A stretch of DNA of 64,000 bases from Lama guanicoe. Taxonomy: Eukaryota. The notes below the pieces were generated by a model. That model was not told the origin of the DNA, made no database searches, and saw only the letters and a program-made list of their open reading frames with translations. The stretch lies in contig MU054212.1 in the NCBI GenBank assembly GCA_013239625.1, forward strand, positions 8,765,084 through 8,829,083, read 5' to 3'. Shown here piece after piece: positions 50,933-64,000 of the stretch (its first letter is position 1; each line of letters starts with the position of its first letter). Both the position numbers and the translations under genes were made by a program.

Positions 50933-51994
50933 ACTATTTAATCATATCTTAGAATGAGATCTAAAAATGTGATATACAGACTTTTAGTAATGAGAGTTCT
51001 GGGGACACAGGGGAATGAGAAGGTGAAGCCTAGGGTGCCCTCCACCTGACCATCTCTCAAGGACACTCTGGGTACTGACCTAAGTGAATAGAGTCCCTTG
51101 GCCCTTGCCAGGGTGAGGCAGGGTGGAGGCCAGCTCACTGAGCCACCAGCACGTGGCACCGCTGAATACTGTGCCTCACACATCTGCCTGGGAGAAGGAT
51201 CCTGAACTTGCTATTCAGTATTTATCTGTAATCTGTGGAGGCGTATCTGAAGTGTCTGAGACCCACATACTCCTCTAAATTTCCCAAAGTTTATTTACTT
51301 GTTTTAAGTAAGGAAATAAATTGATTTACTTGTTTTAAGCATGATGATGAGAGTTGCCCGCCTGTATGGGCACCATTTTTTTTTTGTATGTTTGTTTTTC
51401 GTCTCTGCTTTTGCTGCAGCTTCTTGCTGCCGCCTGTAGAAGGGGCATCAAGACATGTTGTCACGCTCCTGCCCCACCCCCTTGCTTGTTGTCACCTTTG
51501 TGAGGGTGGTCCTAGGAGTACTTCCTTCTGTTATTACAGGGGCCTTTGGGAAGAATAGAGCTTAAGAGCAGGAATAACTGTGCTTCCACTGAGCAGCTAA
51601 TTTGTTTTAGCTTAGGGCGCTGCCAATCATGTACTTGATTATTTCCTCCTTTTCAAGTTGGCTCCTTTGTAGCAAGTATGTGCATCTCTTTTAAACTAAC
51701 ATTTTTAACAGCTTTCTTTAGGTGTCATTAGTGTACTATAAATTGCATGTTGAAAGTGAACAGCTTGATAAATTCTGACATATGTTTATACCTGTGAAGT
51801 CCATACCATAATCAAGATAATGAACATACCATCACATAGTATTTTGGAGTGCCATTATTTCATGAATTTTGTCTTCTAGTTTTTTTCACACAAGCAAGTA
51901 AATCTGGTCCCTTTTACTCAATATTGACCAGAAGTGAAAGCCTCTATACCACTAATTATGTAATTAATACCCAAATATATTCTTCTTGTAAAAT

Positions 51995-52710
51995 ATTAAA
52001 GTGGTATGGAGGTTCCTCAAAAAATTAAAAATAGAACTATACCCTATGATCCGGCAATTCTGTTTTTTGGTATTTATCCAAAGAAAATGAAAACACTTAT
52101 TTATAAAGATATATGTACCCCTATGTCCATTGTAGCATTATTTATAATGGCCAAGATATGGAAGTAACCTAAGTGCCCATTGGTAGAGGAATGGATAAAA
52201 AAGGGGTGGTGTGTGTATATGTACATATATAAATATATTTTTTATACATACACACACATACACAATGGAATATTACTCAGCCATAAAAATAAAGAATGAA
52301 ATCTTGCTGTTGGACCAGAAGGGTAAGTGAAGTAAGTTAGAGAAAAACAAACACCATATAATTTCACTTATATGTGGAATCTGAAAAGCAGAACAAATGA
52401 TACAAAACAGAAACAGATTCATAGATACAGAGAATAGGAGTTTGTTGGGGTGGGGGGTGATGACCAAAGTAGGTGATGGGGCATTAAGAGGTACAAACTT
52501 TTACTTATAAAATAAATAAGTCACAGGAAAGTAATGTTCATCTGGAGAATATAGTCAATAATGTGGTAACAACTTTGTGTGGTGATGGATAGTAACTGGG
52601 CTATAAGTGGTGATCATTTCATAATGTGTAAGAATATTGAACCACTGCTATGTTGTACATCAGACACTAGTATTATTCGTATGTTAATTATAATTTAATT
52701 TAAAAAATTC
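51995..52710 (+). mobile_element. L1 3' fragment (L1MA-like)
   Basis: tatggaggttcctcaaaaaattaaaaatagaactatacc...tgttgtacatcagacactag; related to the element at 43832. Confidence 0.85.
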
Positions 52711-52939
52711 TGCTTACAGTGCCAGTCTCTAATTATTCATCATTTGTAATCCCAGTCTTTCTCTTCTCAAAGGTACACCTTTTTAGAGTATTTACAGTAC
52801 CTCCTCAGCATTTGTGTGTTTTTTTAAATTTACACACATGTGTAAAATACCCCATGGAAACAATTTTTATTTTGAAAAAAATTTTTTTTTCAGTTTATTT
52901 CTACTTAAATTGCTTTACTGTTTCACTTCTGTCCTATAG

Positions 52940-53161
<222 letters not shown>

Positions 53162-54212
53162 TAGTGAAGCATTTATGTCCATTTTACCCACCTTGAGCAG
53201 CTGTTGGGTGAAGAGAAACATAAGTGATAACAAGGAAAAGGACAGAGACTGGTGGTTGTGAGTCTTCCAGAGTTCTGTGACAGCTTCCTTGTGAGGATGG
53301 TGTGTGTTCAGGCATCTCAGTTAAAGAAGCCAGCTTCTACTCTGGGCCTGGCATAAGCTGAAAAAAGGTGAAAAGGAAAAAAGGCTTTGTGTGGTTGCAG
53401 CAGTGGCCTGTTCTTATTCCTCCAGTTTAATTGAGTGGGTAAAAGCGAATGTTTAAAGTACTTTTGTGTTGTTTAATCCTGTTCTTAATTTTCCATTGAT
53501 ATAACCTGCATGTAGCTTGATCTTATGATATGTCTGGTCCTTTAGTATTTTGTATTTTAGACACTACCAGGGACTGTGACACATACTCAGCAGTATATGT
53601 TAGAACAGACTGATTTCTTTTGCAACTGGTGATTTCCTAACATGCAACCTTTACTTTTTAAAAAGTTAAAGTGATACTAATAACAAATCCATTAATTTGT
53701 TATATCTTTATGGATTGTAGATTAATAGGTATATTAATTTGCCCTCCATACACAGTTATGTCTTTTAGGTTTAGTCCATATGAGGGCTAGAAGTTACTTT
53801 ACACTTAAATCTGACAAAGGAAAATAATATAAGTTTTTTTTTAACATTATTTAAGGGTGCATTAATCTTTTTTTTCCCATAGTTAATATGCAAATTTGGC
53901 TACTTCCTGAATAAGGTTTAATTTCTTCAGGCTCCTTCCATAGGCATAAATTGAACCTTTAATTAGTCTAGAAGATGTCTGGCATCAGTCACTAGAGAGT
54001 GACTAGTCAATATAAAAGCATTTCCTGCTAGAAAAATAACTGTATACCTGTAGTATTCTGGTGAGGGGTCAGCTGCCTGGCCTTGGTCTGTTGCAAAAGT
54101 CAGTGTATATATTACTAAATTAATGCTGTATGTACGTGGCACTTAAATATAGCTGTCTACCAGGTAAATAGCTTTCTCTGCTTTGTGAGGAGTGCATACG
54201 TGTTTCTTTCAG

Positions 54213-54334
54213 ACCCAGTTTTCAGTCTCTTTGCCTTCACCAACAAAATCACTGCTGTGCACAGTAGAATCATTTGGTCTTGTGATTGGAGTCCTGATGG
54301 CAGGTATTTCTTCACTGGAAGTCGGGACAAAAAG
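54213..54334 (+). CDS. ELP2: ELP2 exon 19
   Basis: [40 protein letters not shown]; 122 nt. Confidence 0.96.
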
Positions 54335-55859
54335 GTAATTTTTTTAACTTAGTATTTTTTCAAATGTAAAATAGTAGTATTACAGGTATGTTTGGATAGA
54401 AAACACACAATCCTTATTTTCTGATACAACTTTAAAAAATCAGCTTGTGTATTCCATTCTGTGTTTTTCAGGGGCATACATAAAAGGCTTTTCTTGTTCA
54501 ATTGTATAAATATGTGTCTCTGAAATATCAAATAGGAAAAGAAGACCCTTCAGACATATGATCTTCATCAGATGGCCCCAGTGGGAGAAAAGTAGTCAAT
54601 GAAATGGGTCAGGATGAAGGAATTAGGAGAGTAGGAGTGGGTGGAGGGAAAGATAGCTTCTACTTCTGTTTTTCATGCTTTTATGAATTTAAAATCCTTT
54701 CCATAATGAATGGATATTACCTTTTCATTCAGCAGTAGACGCTGGTATGTGTGTGTATGTGTCCTGAGCTTTGAAAAAAAATTAAAAGGAATTAGTCAGC
54801 AGTAGGTTCTTGACCATGGCCCTGGTTCTCTGGGAGATGTTCGCCTGGCCTCTGGTCTTTCCGCAGTTTTCCTGCTCTTGAAAACGTCCTTTCCTTTTTC
54901 TGCAGTTCCCGCAGACTAGAAGTGCTGAGGCTCCTGAGCGCTTCCTGTCCTCTCCTGCCCTTCCCCGTCGTACTCAGGGCGCAAATTACCAAAGTGGAGG
55001 ACTAATGTGGGCATGTTGTCACTCAGTGAAACACTGAAATGTCAGCCTCTGAAATGCTTTCTCTCAGCCCTTCATTTCTGTCATTTGCCTAGTCATTTCT
55101 TCCCTGGCATTTGTCCTCTTATTCTTTGCTAGCTGCTAAGCCAGCAGGACCGCGTCTGCCCTCCAGGGTCACATCCAGTAGCAGATGGCCCAGCTGTGGC
55201 TCTCAGATAGGTCAAGGCTGAAGCAGACAAAGCATCGTTCACCGCGCAGTCTCAGAACTGCACTTCTGCTCACGGGGGCAGAGCCTTCTGCTCGAAATCT
55301 TGCTTCGGTCCTGCGTTCTGCAGCTGTTACCCGTTTCACTGCCCTCTGTTTCTTTGTGATCAGTCACATCGCTTTGAGGCATGAGCTACCAGGAAAGCCT
55401 CATTTCTTATGTGGTGTATCATCCAGGTTAGGACCTCCTGACAGCTGAGCTGATTCCCTGAGCAGTGGGTGGTGTAGCAGAAGAGTCAGGGACTTGGTTG
55501 GCTCCATACATTTTGTGGGAATTTCTTGGGGAGGTGCCTGAGCACCTTGATGAGGACATGACGGATAGACTTTCCCTGAATCAAAACAGGTTTCCTGCGT
55601 GTAAAGAGCAGGCTAGATGCCCCAGTCTCTGGGCAGGGACAGTTGTGTTGGGAGCACATATGGGTACTTGAGGATCACAGACTTGTATCTGCCACAGTAG
55701 CTTCTCTGTGGTGCTTGAAATGCTCAGAAGCTCTGAAACACAAATGAACGTGATACATTTTTTAAAAATACCAGGGTGTTATCTCTGCCATTGAAACTCT
55801 AATGCATCGCTAGACCTTGCAAGCAGGAAGCTTTACAGAGTTTGGTCTGTCTGTGTTAG

Positions 55860-55993
55860 GTGGTTGCTTGGGGCGAGTGCGACTCCAGCGACGACTGCCC
55901 TGAGCACAGCATCGGCCCCTGCTCCTCTGTCCTGGACGTGGGTGGAGCTGTGACGGCCGTCAGCGTCTGCCCGGTGCTTAACCCTTCCCGACG
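55860..55993 (+). CDS. ELP2: ELP2 exon 20
   Basis: [44 protein letters not shown]; 134 nt. Confidence 0.95.
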
Positions 55994-56416
55994 GTCAGTC
56001 TCTGGGGCTTCATTTTATGTCTTCTTTAAGAAGATCACTTGGTTTCTCAATATATAGCCCTCTTATTTTTTCATCTGTGGGTTCTCTTGGCTTCCAAGTT
56101 GCTTTTTTTTTTTAAATAATGCTAATGTTTCTTGTAAGAATTTCTAAATTGATAAAACTTGCTGATATTTAGAGTGGTGAAATAGATTGGGAGTATGGCT
56201 CAAAGGCTCTTATTTCACCGACTGTAGGACTTTGGTGCCTTCTGCATAATGAATGTCTTCAGTAGAACGAGGGCCCCTGCAGCCCGCCAGGGAAACACTG
56301 GCCCACGGGCCTTGTCAGCAGAGGACAGAGGTGAAACTGTGTGCAGCCTCGACGGAGAGGAGGCTTGTCGAGCACACAGTAGAGCAGTGCACGGTGTCTT
56401 GGACCTGCACTTTTAA

Positions 56417-56788
<372 letters not shown>

Positions 56789-57686
56789 TAGTCTCTTGAA
56801 ATTGACATTTGTTACTACATTGTACGTGGTTTTTAAAAGTTTCCTTGACCAAATTGCTTGTTTGCCTAATATTGTCTTTACAGGCAATGCATTTGAAACG
56901 AAAGTGATTCTCATAATGATGGGTTTCAAAGTTTGACTACAGTAGATTCTTGATAAAATTTGATTCAAAATGGTGATGATTTTTTTTGAAATATTATAGA
57001 TTGTGTTTGGGAGTCAGTTCTTGGGTTTGAACTCTTAAGCGCACATCCTGTTAAGTGTGCCTCAAAACCCATGACCCGTCTCCAGGCACAGTAAGGGCTC
57101 CCTGAGCCTCATGCCCTAGGGCCCAGAGAGAGTGTATTAATATGAACATCTTGCCCAAGGTCATGCCATTAGAGGTTATATTGGAGACCAGGCTTCTTTC
57201 CCTGGGCAGTTTATTAAATCGTTCACTGTCTTTCCTTACCCAGCGTTAAAAATATGAGTGAGAGTCCATTCAAGTCACAGGGATGTCAAAAGAATCAAAT
57301 AATGTAGAATATGTTGCAATGTTGGAATTCTTAAAAAAAATACATTTAGTAATGTTATCTGAAAAGACTGATTTTAATAGCCATTTCATGAATTTCGCTG
57401 ATCATTAAAGCAAAATTTGACAGAAATGCATTGTCTATTTCTTGTTCTTTTTGGTGGTGTCCTTGGTCAGTAAGATGTTTTCAAGGTTAAAATAAAATTG
57501 CTAAAATATTAGTAATCATATTTTAAAATCTGTACGTTTTGATGTTCAAGTTTTAACTTCCATTTATGTTAACAACATTAATAGCAAAAGCGTACTAATT
57601 GAATTGAGTATGTAGTTGAGCACCCAGTAAAATATCTCATAGTCATAGCATACGTTCATTTCATGATTTCTTTATCTTTGTTTTAG

Positions 57687-57843
57687 CCAAAGTCATACAC
57701 TTGCTGTCAAAAAGTTATGCTGGAAGAATTGTAATGGACAGACTGACCAGAATGAAGCAGAAGGCGCTGAATGGTTACACTTTGCAAGTTGTGGTGAGGA
57801 TCACACTGTGAAGATACACAGAGTTAACAGGTGTGCGCTCTAG
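57687..57843 (+). CDS. ELP2: ELP2 exon 22 (last coding exon)
   Basis: [51 protein letters not shown]; 157 nt; spliced CDS totals 2469 nt. Confidence 0.96.
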
Positions 57844-58226
57844 TGGACTTAACTACAAGCATATACTCGGTGTCATAAAATATTTATTATGTAAATAGAT
57901 GACTTTTCTTTACCTCATAATTTCTTCAAGTTTCATTTTTAAGTCCTATCGCAGCCGTCCTTTTTTGGGCACAGGCCCTTTGAAATCTGGTGAAAGCTAC
58001 AGACTCTTTTCTTAAAATTTTTGTATATGCACACACCCTCACAACCTGGCCCATCCTTTCAGGGATTCAGACCTGCATCTGTGTGTCCCAGTTTGAGAGC
58101 CTCTGTTCTTTTTTTCTTCAAGACCAAATATGCCTAATTCTGTGTTATTTTGGGCCTTCTGTTTTCACATGCTCCTCTTTGGGACATATGATTGTCTATT
58201 ACTGTCCTCTGAGGGAGGACAGAGAA

Positions 58227-58232
58227 AATAAA
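58227..58232 (+). terminator. ELP2: Candidate ELP2 poly(A) signal
   Basis: First canonical AATAAA I found after the stop codon; usage not shown. Confidence 0.45.
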
Positions 58233-58416
58233 AAGAGATAAAACCCAGATTACTCAACTTTTATTTTAACAGTTTTTGTAAATGAACAGACCACACAAAG
58301 TGTTGTCTGGAGCCCTTCCTCTCAGTCCACACCAACCATTCCAGGAATTTGGCAGGTCGTTGTGCGTTTGAACTGCAGTCAGTCCTTTCTCTTATAAAAG
58401 TGCATGCATTCTTCAT

Positions 58417-58538
58417 GGGGGAGAGTACAGCCCAGTGGTAGAGCACATGCTTGGCATGCACGAGGTCCAGGGTTCAGTCCCCAGTACCTCCCTTAAATAA
58501 ATAAACCTAATTACCCTCCACCCCAATTTAAAAAAAAA
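58417..58538 (+). mobile_element. tRNA-Ala-derived SINE (Vic-1-like)
   Basis: gggggagagtacagcccagtggtagagcacatgcttggcatgcacgaggtccagggttcagtccccagtacctcc plus tail. Confidence 0.88.
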
Positions 58539-59069
58539 GGGATATAGATTTTTCTTTCAGGGTTTGATTTAAAACAGGATATCCCAACATTTAAACTGAG
58601 AGATGTAGGGGCTGAAAAATAGAGTTCTGCATTTCTGTGAAGTTGCATAAGTGAGTCATGAGGGGAAGGATGAAGTCATGAGAGCAAAGATGTCCCCCAG
58701 GGAGAGTGAGCAGTGGGAGCAGAGGGGAGAGAAACATGCCAGAAAGACAGTGTTGGGTGTGCCCGCTGCAGTCTGGGAGGCGGGCCATGAGAGTTGAGCG
58801 CATGGGGATTGAGTGGAGAGAGGTTAGGAGAGGGTGTGAGAGAGACTGCAAAGTTTCGTGAGAGCAGAGGCTTCCCCGGCCCCGTGGGACCGTGGGGTCA
58901 CGTGGCGAGTTTCCACATAAATGCATACGGCACATAATAAACACGATGACGGAAGGGAGGTGAGGGTTTTCTTGGGTGGAGTTTATGCCAGTATCTAACA
59001 TGACATTTTGCTTCCAAAGGAGTTAAGTGACCCTTAGTCCAAACGAAGATTTTTAGACTAGAAGTATCC

Positions 59070-59378
59070 AGTATTTCTAGTCCAATAGAAATACAATGTG
59101 AGCTGCCTATGTAATTTAAATTTTTCTAGTAACCCACATAAAGTAAAAAGAAAGAGATATACTTTATTTTAATGACATATTTCTTTTAACCCAGTATATC
59201 CTAAATAGTATGATTTTAACATAGTCAGTATAAAAAATTATCGAGATATTTTACCTTTTTTGGTGTATAAAATATTTGCACACTACCAACCAAGTGCATT
59301 TTACACCTTGGGCCCATCTCAGTTTGGACTAGCCACATCTCAGGTGCTCAGCAGCCTCATGTGGACAGTGCAATTCTA
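59070..59378. mobile_element. MER33-like hAT MITE
   Basis: gtccaatagaaatacaatgtgagc...ggactagccacatctcaggtgctcagcagcctcatgtggacagtgca. Confidence 0.75.
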
Positions 59379-59417
59379 GGCTGTCGAATCTGCATAAACT
59401 TGTCTTACACCCTCGGA

Positions 59418-59480
59418 GGTGTGTGTGTTCGTGTGTGTGTGCGTATGCAAGCGTATGTGCTCGTGTGTCAGTGTGTATGC
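59418..59480. repeat. Degenerate (TG)n microsatellite
   Basis: gtgtgtgtgttcgtgtgtgtgtgcgtatg... Confidence 0.75.
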
Positions 59481-61239
59481 ACCAAGGAGTGAGCACCTGA
59501 GCCTCCCAGCCTCAGAGACCAGGATGCCATGAAGTGTGATGACTTTGTTTCTCAGCTGAAGGATCTGAGTCTTCCCACTGGTACGCAGCCATTCAGCTCC
59601 CTGTGGGATTCCAGGGCAGATTCAGTGCACTGATGGTCCTTCAGAGCCTTTGCCAGCACAGAACTCAACCCTCTAAGGGCTCCTGAAAGCAGGCCCAGCA
59701 AGTTCGTGGTTGGTTACTGTTTCGCCTGTTGTAAATAGTTTTCCCAAGTTGTCCTGAAGCATCTCCCTCAGTAATCACCTGTGTAATTCTGTTCAGTAAG
59801 CGTTCCCAGGACCTGCTGTACCTTTGGGCAGTATATTGTACTTCACACACGTACATTGTGATTTTACCAGGATGGTCTTAATCTGCGAAAGGAGAGCACT
59901 CTGAACCGTACTGCAGTCATTCATAACATCTAAAACAAACAGGCAGTCTTGGCACTTTGCCCCAGAGGAGCTGAAGAGTCTATCAGAATCCCCATCCTGC
60001 CCTTCCCTGCTTTCCCTGATAATTTCACTTCTCTGCCCGATTCACAGCATTAAAGTTCAGACTGATGCCAAGAGCCAGCCTAAGCAGTTGCTGTCTTCTG
60101 ACCTGTAGGGCTTTCCTAGATGGAGGAGGGGGGATGGGGTTGTGTTCCCAGGACAGGTTTACCTTGGACATCAAGGAGCCAAATCACTGTCTTCGCAGCA
60201 GCCTCAGAGGAAGCAGAGGTGGTTACTGATTCCAGAGAGAGACTGTGGGAATTGGAGGGAGGCTGTGCCTATTCAGGAATAAAATGAAGGGACACAATTG
60301 TTCTCTGTCTTAGAGATTGTGGCCACCATAGAAAATCCTGGGTCGTCTGTAAGAAGAATGCAAGGTCTTCTACCCACTTTTGTGCAAATTTTATGCTTCT
60401 CAAGGCAGTCTGGGTGAGGGTTGGAACCCAGATGTAAGGAATAAGAAGTGTGTTTGGATCCTGGCTCACAGTAGCTGTAACTGTGGGTAAGTTTTCCCCC
60501 TCATCTCTGTAAGTAGAGATGATATTAATGGGACCAGTCCGACCTCGATTCTGCTCTGAAAGAAAACAAAATGTTTTTTCTGGCTTATTGCAAGATAGAA
60601 GTTCTCTGTCTCAAAAGGAGTCAAGGTAGGCAGACCAGGTTGAGCTGGGGGACTTCTCCGTGTGACCAGGGGACCTGGGCTCTCTGCCCCCACCCTCAGT
60701 ATGTGGCATCCTCGCTATCCAGGCTGGCTGCTTGGCCTCCTGCTGTGATCTTTGCATTCCAGCCAGCAGGGCATAAGAAAAGGCTTGCCTCTAACTTTAA
60801 GAAAGCTTGGAAGTTCATAGGGTTCTACTTAATCTCTGTGGCCAGTTTGATACCTCAAAAGAGGCTGGGAAATGAAATCTTTTCTTGCAGGTCGTCATGT
60901 GCTTAGCTGAGAACTGAGATTGCTTTATTCTGGAAGAAAGAACAAATGTCAGTTTCATGTCATAAAAAGTGTCATTTCATAAAACCTCAAGGGTTGTTTG
61001 GAGGATTAAGTGAGCCAGTGCATGAAAAACGCTCGCCCAAGGCCTGGTTGTGGTAAGACACTAGTGATTGGTAACTGTTACTATTGGGGTGAAGTGAAGT
61101 GAAGCTCATTTCAGCTGCATAGGGTCTTTATTAATCCCCCTCATTTCAAGTATTCTTTCTCTGAATTCATAGTATTTTATTCTCATTGTCTTTTGTTACT
61201 TCCTGTCTTTTATTAGTGTATGTCTTAAGCTGTATCAGT

Positions 61240-61720
61240 TAGATGCTTTCTTCGGTAAGAAAGTTTGTCTCAAGAAGATACAGGGAATTATCAGCTCACA
61301 TCACTGAAGAAAGTTCAGTGGTAGGACAAAGCCCAGTTATAGTGTGTCCGGGGCAGTTTCCTTTTCTCGAATTCTCTCAGCTCTGCCCTCTCCACATGTC
61401 AGTCTTCCTCTAAGACTGCCCTCCCTTGTGGCTACGAGATGGAGGAAAGCAGCCCTCGAGGCTACAGATCCTCTTGCTCATTCATATCAAAAAGAATAAC
61501 CCTTTAAACATGAGGTCCCTAGCTTTCCTCTGACTGGTCCATCCTGAACTAACCACAGTGGGCAGAGGAAACCAGCATTGAGTGGCTGGGGCCTGCCCAT
61601 CTGATGTAGCAAGAGCGTGAGATTACCTCGCCTGGAGCTGGAGGGAGGTGGGTCCCATTAGGACCACATGGTTGCTCTACGTGGGGGAGGTTTTCCAAAG
61701 CAAAATCGGAGGGGCAGTGG
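61240..61720. mobile_element. MaLR (MLT1-like) LTR remnant
   Basis: ctctgactggtccatcctgaactaaccacagtgggcag resembles MLT1 LTRs (from memory). Confidence 0.4.
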
Positions 61721-62264
61721 GTCCTGGGTAGGTGACCAGTGAAAGCCAGGTATACAGGCCTACCAACGCCCAAGCATCAGGGCATCAGATTTGTTTTCTT
61801 CAGCACGTGGCACAGTGTGTCCAGCACAATGTGCTGTCAAGTGTTTGCTGCATTCCGGAATAAGTTTGATAACTCTGGCTGGTGGAGGAAACATCCTCTA
61901 GTGTAATCTGCTGGTCAGTGAATAGAATGATTGGTATCAGATCCTTTCCCTGTCTTTGGTGGCATAAAGAGGGAGGGGACAAAGAGCAGGAAGGAGATGT
62001 TAACACAGAAGCAACAAGAAAAGGGGATCTTGGCTCAGCCTGCCCTTGAATGAACAGGGAGAAGCTGGGCCCCCAGGAAAAGGGCCCCAGGAAGACCCCT
62101 GCTCTGGGCCCACCCACCCTCTCACTGCCTAGTGCTGGCGGGATTGTGTTGTTGTGAATATAATGGAGCCTTGTTCCCAAACATACCATGATTTGGATCT
62201 GCCCTTTTAGCTTCTATTTGCAGAAAATGTCTGCTGTCTCTACAGGGGAGGGAGCTTCCTGGCG

Positions 62265-62304
62265 CTGCTCTCAAGTTGTTTCCACTGCTCTCAAGTTGTT
62301 TCCA
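62265..62304. repeat. Perfect 20-bp tandem duplication
   Basis: (ctgctctcaagttgtttcca) x2. Confidence 0.9.
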
Positions 62305-62540
62305 CCAGAGCTTCCACCCTGCCAGGCTTTGGGGAGGTACCTGCTCCCTGGCTGGCTGTCTCTTCCTGCTTCCTGCTGTGCTGGCCCTCTTCTGATTCTC
62401 CATTAACATCTGGGTCAGCAGGCTCTCATGGTTAGCGAGGTATGCATTTCACAGCGGGAAACACTGGTTTCACTATCCAAACCAGGTTCAGCCTCCTCTG
62501 AAATACCCACCACCATTCCAACTACTTGGCAGGAAATGTG

Positions 62541-62590
62541 TTTTTTTACTGGAGGTACTGGGGATTGAACTCAGGACCTTTGTGCATGCT
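62541..62590 (-). mobile_element. 5'-truncated Vic-1-like SINE
   Basis: Reverse complement reads agcatgcacaaaggtcctgagttcaatccccagtacctccagtaaaaaaa. Confidence 0.85.
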
Positions 62591-62639
62591 GAGATAACCA
62601 AGATGCTCACTTAGGTCACTGCCTGCCACCTAACCAGCA

Positions 62640-63400
62640 AGTTCAATAACCTGATTAGTCCTTGTTCTAACTGACTTTTCAGCCTTAGTTACCTCCTCTG
62701 CCTCTTCTCCCATCTCTGCCAGTACCTTCTCATTAGTCAGTGGCATGGAGGCAGATGACGTTTAAATGTCACTGTCCCCAGGACTCTGACTTCTTTCCCT
62801 GAACACTCCAGAGTTCCTGGGATGACTTCTCCACTAGGCCCTCCTGTGAGTTTTGTCTCCAACCAACTGTCCTTCCAGAGCCCTGGGCCCAAATTTCCAC
62901 TTAGACATCCTGAACTGAGCTCCGTGTTGGCTCCCTGTGCCCCCTCCTCCCTGCATCCACCCAATCTCCCGAGCCAGTCCTCCCTCAGGCCCCATTTGTC
63001 CCCGAATTCCATGACTTCTGCACCATCTTGGCCTCAGATTGGGCCCTCGTGGCTCATCAGGACTCCTGCCCTCCCTCTGGCTGCATTGCTGCCTGCACCC
63101 TCCCCACACCTGAGCTCTTCCTAAGTGCTGCCAGGGTCTCAGACACACCTCTTCCTGTCCCTTCGGGACCCCATCCAGACTCCTTTCCGTTGCAGGGTCT
63201 GACCCACTCTCTTGCCTCACTCCCCATCTCCACTCCTCATCCCCACACCATAGCCTGTGCTCCAGCCTCATTGAAGGTCCTGCCTTTGGAGTTTTTTGAG
63301 CCTTTTTGCACCTCCAGGCCATTGCACTGGGAATGCTGTCCTCCCTCCCCCACTTTCTCCAGGATCCTCTGAAGTCCTAGGCAGGGGAGGCTCAACAGCT
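62640..63400 (+). mobile_element. L2 fragment
   Basis: Pyrimidine-rich sequence typical of the L2 3' region (tttaaatgtcactgtccccaggactctg...). Confidence 0.5.
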
Positions 63401-64000
63401 TGAAGGAAGGGTCTTCTCCAGCACTGCAGCATGGAGGGGCGATCTGATTGCAGGCCCATCTTTTGCATTGTCCTGGGGGCCTCTTAGCCCAGAGGCTGCC
63501 TCATGGACTGTTGTCTTCCCGGCACCTACCACGTTCCTAGCAGGGAGCAGCACCCCAGTGAACAGAGTGAGTGTCCCTGCTGAAGCCCGTTTTCATCTTC
63601 AGTAATTCAGCCTGGACAGTTGCAAAAGGTTGTAGCTGGTTTCCCTGCCCCCAGTTCCACCACCCCCAATCAGACTGGTCATGGCCATTGGACAGTTTGG
63701 CCACTTAAATCCCCTCCTGGGGGCACTTTCTTGCTCAAAAATCTTCAGAATGAAATTCCAGTCCCCTAGTCTGACTTAAAGCCTTTCAAAACCTGCCCCC
63801 AAACCTGCCCCACCTCCTTCCTCAACCACCAGACTCTTAGAGGCACTCACCGGCCTGTTGCCAAGTGAGTGAATGAACGAATAATACACGAATGGATGTC
63901 TTATGTGCAGTGGAGATTTTGAGAATGGAGCCCATTGCCAGGAAACACATCATCCCGAGGACAGAACCAGGTTCCGTGAGCTGGACCAGGGGCAAAGCCT

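Noticed and set aside
58417..62590. Inverted SINE pair forming dsRNA downstream of ELP2
   Set aside because: About 4 kb apart, only about 50 nt of diverged overlap, and no evidence a transcript spans both
61800..63468. ORF cluster as a next gene such as MOCOS
   Set aside because: No CpG island or recognisable protein; sequence is largely L2/LTR-like; from known synteny MOCOS would start beyond the window

Overview
Mammalian genomic DNA, very probably a camelid: it carries four copies of a tRNA-Ala-derived SINE of the camelid Vic-1 type. The window holds the block RPRD1A (minus strand, promoter and first coding exon only), SLC39A6/ZIP6 (minus strand, complete: a non-coding exon 1 plus 9 coding exons, 2208 nt, 735 aa) and ELP2 (plus strand, complete: 22 coding exons, 2469 nt, 822 aa). 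SLC39A6 and ELP2 lie head-to-head on one CpG-island promoter. I placed all exon boundaries by hand from GT/AG sites and phase continuity. Most of the rest is mammalian repeat (L1, L2, MIR, hAT elements, ERV LTRs), and most ORFs in the supplied track are spurious. I found no convincing new multi-gene system. The best leads are smaller: a frameshifted, poison-type version of an ELP2 cassette exon; two long inverted repeats (a 58-nt pre-miRNA-sized hairpin in SLC39A6 intron 5 and a 126-nt one upstream of RPRD1A); a fossil ERV env immunosuppressive domain with an LTR cluster; a fossil hAT transposase; a sense solo LTR with a poly(A) signal just before ELP2 exon 13; and uORFs in the SLC39A6 leader. 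Comparisons with human orthologues and repeat subfamily names come from memory and need checking by alignment.
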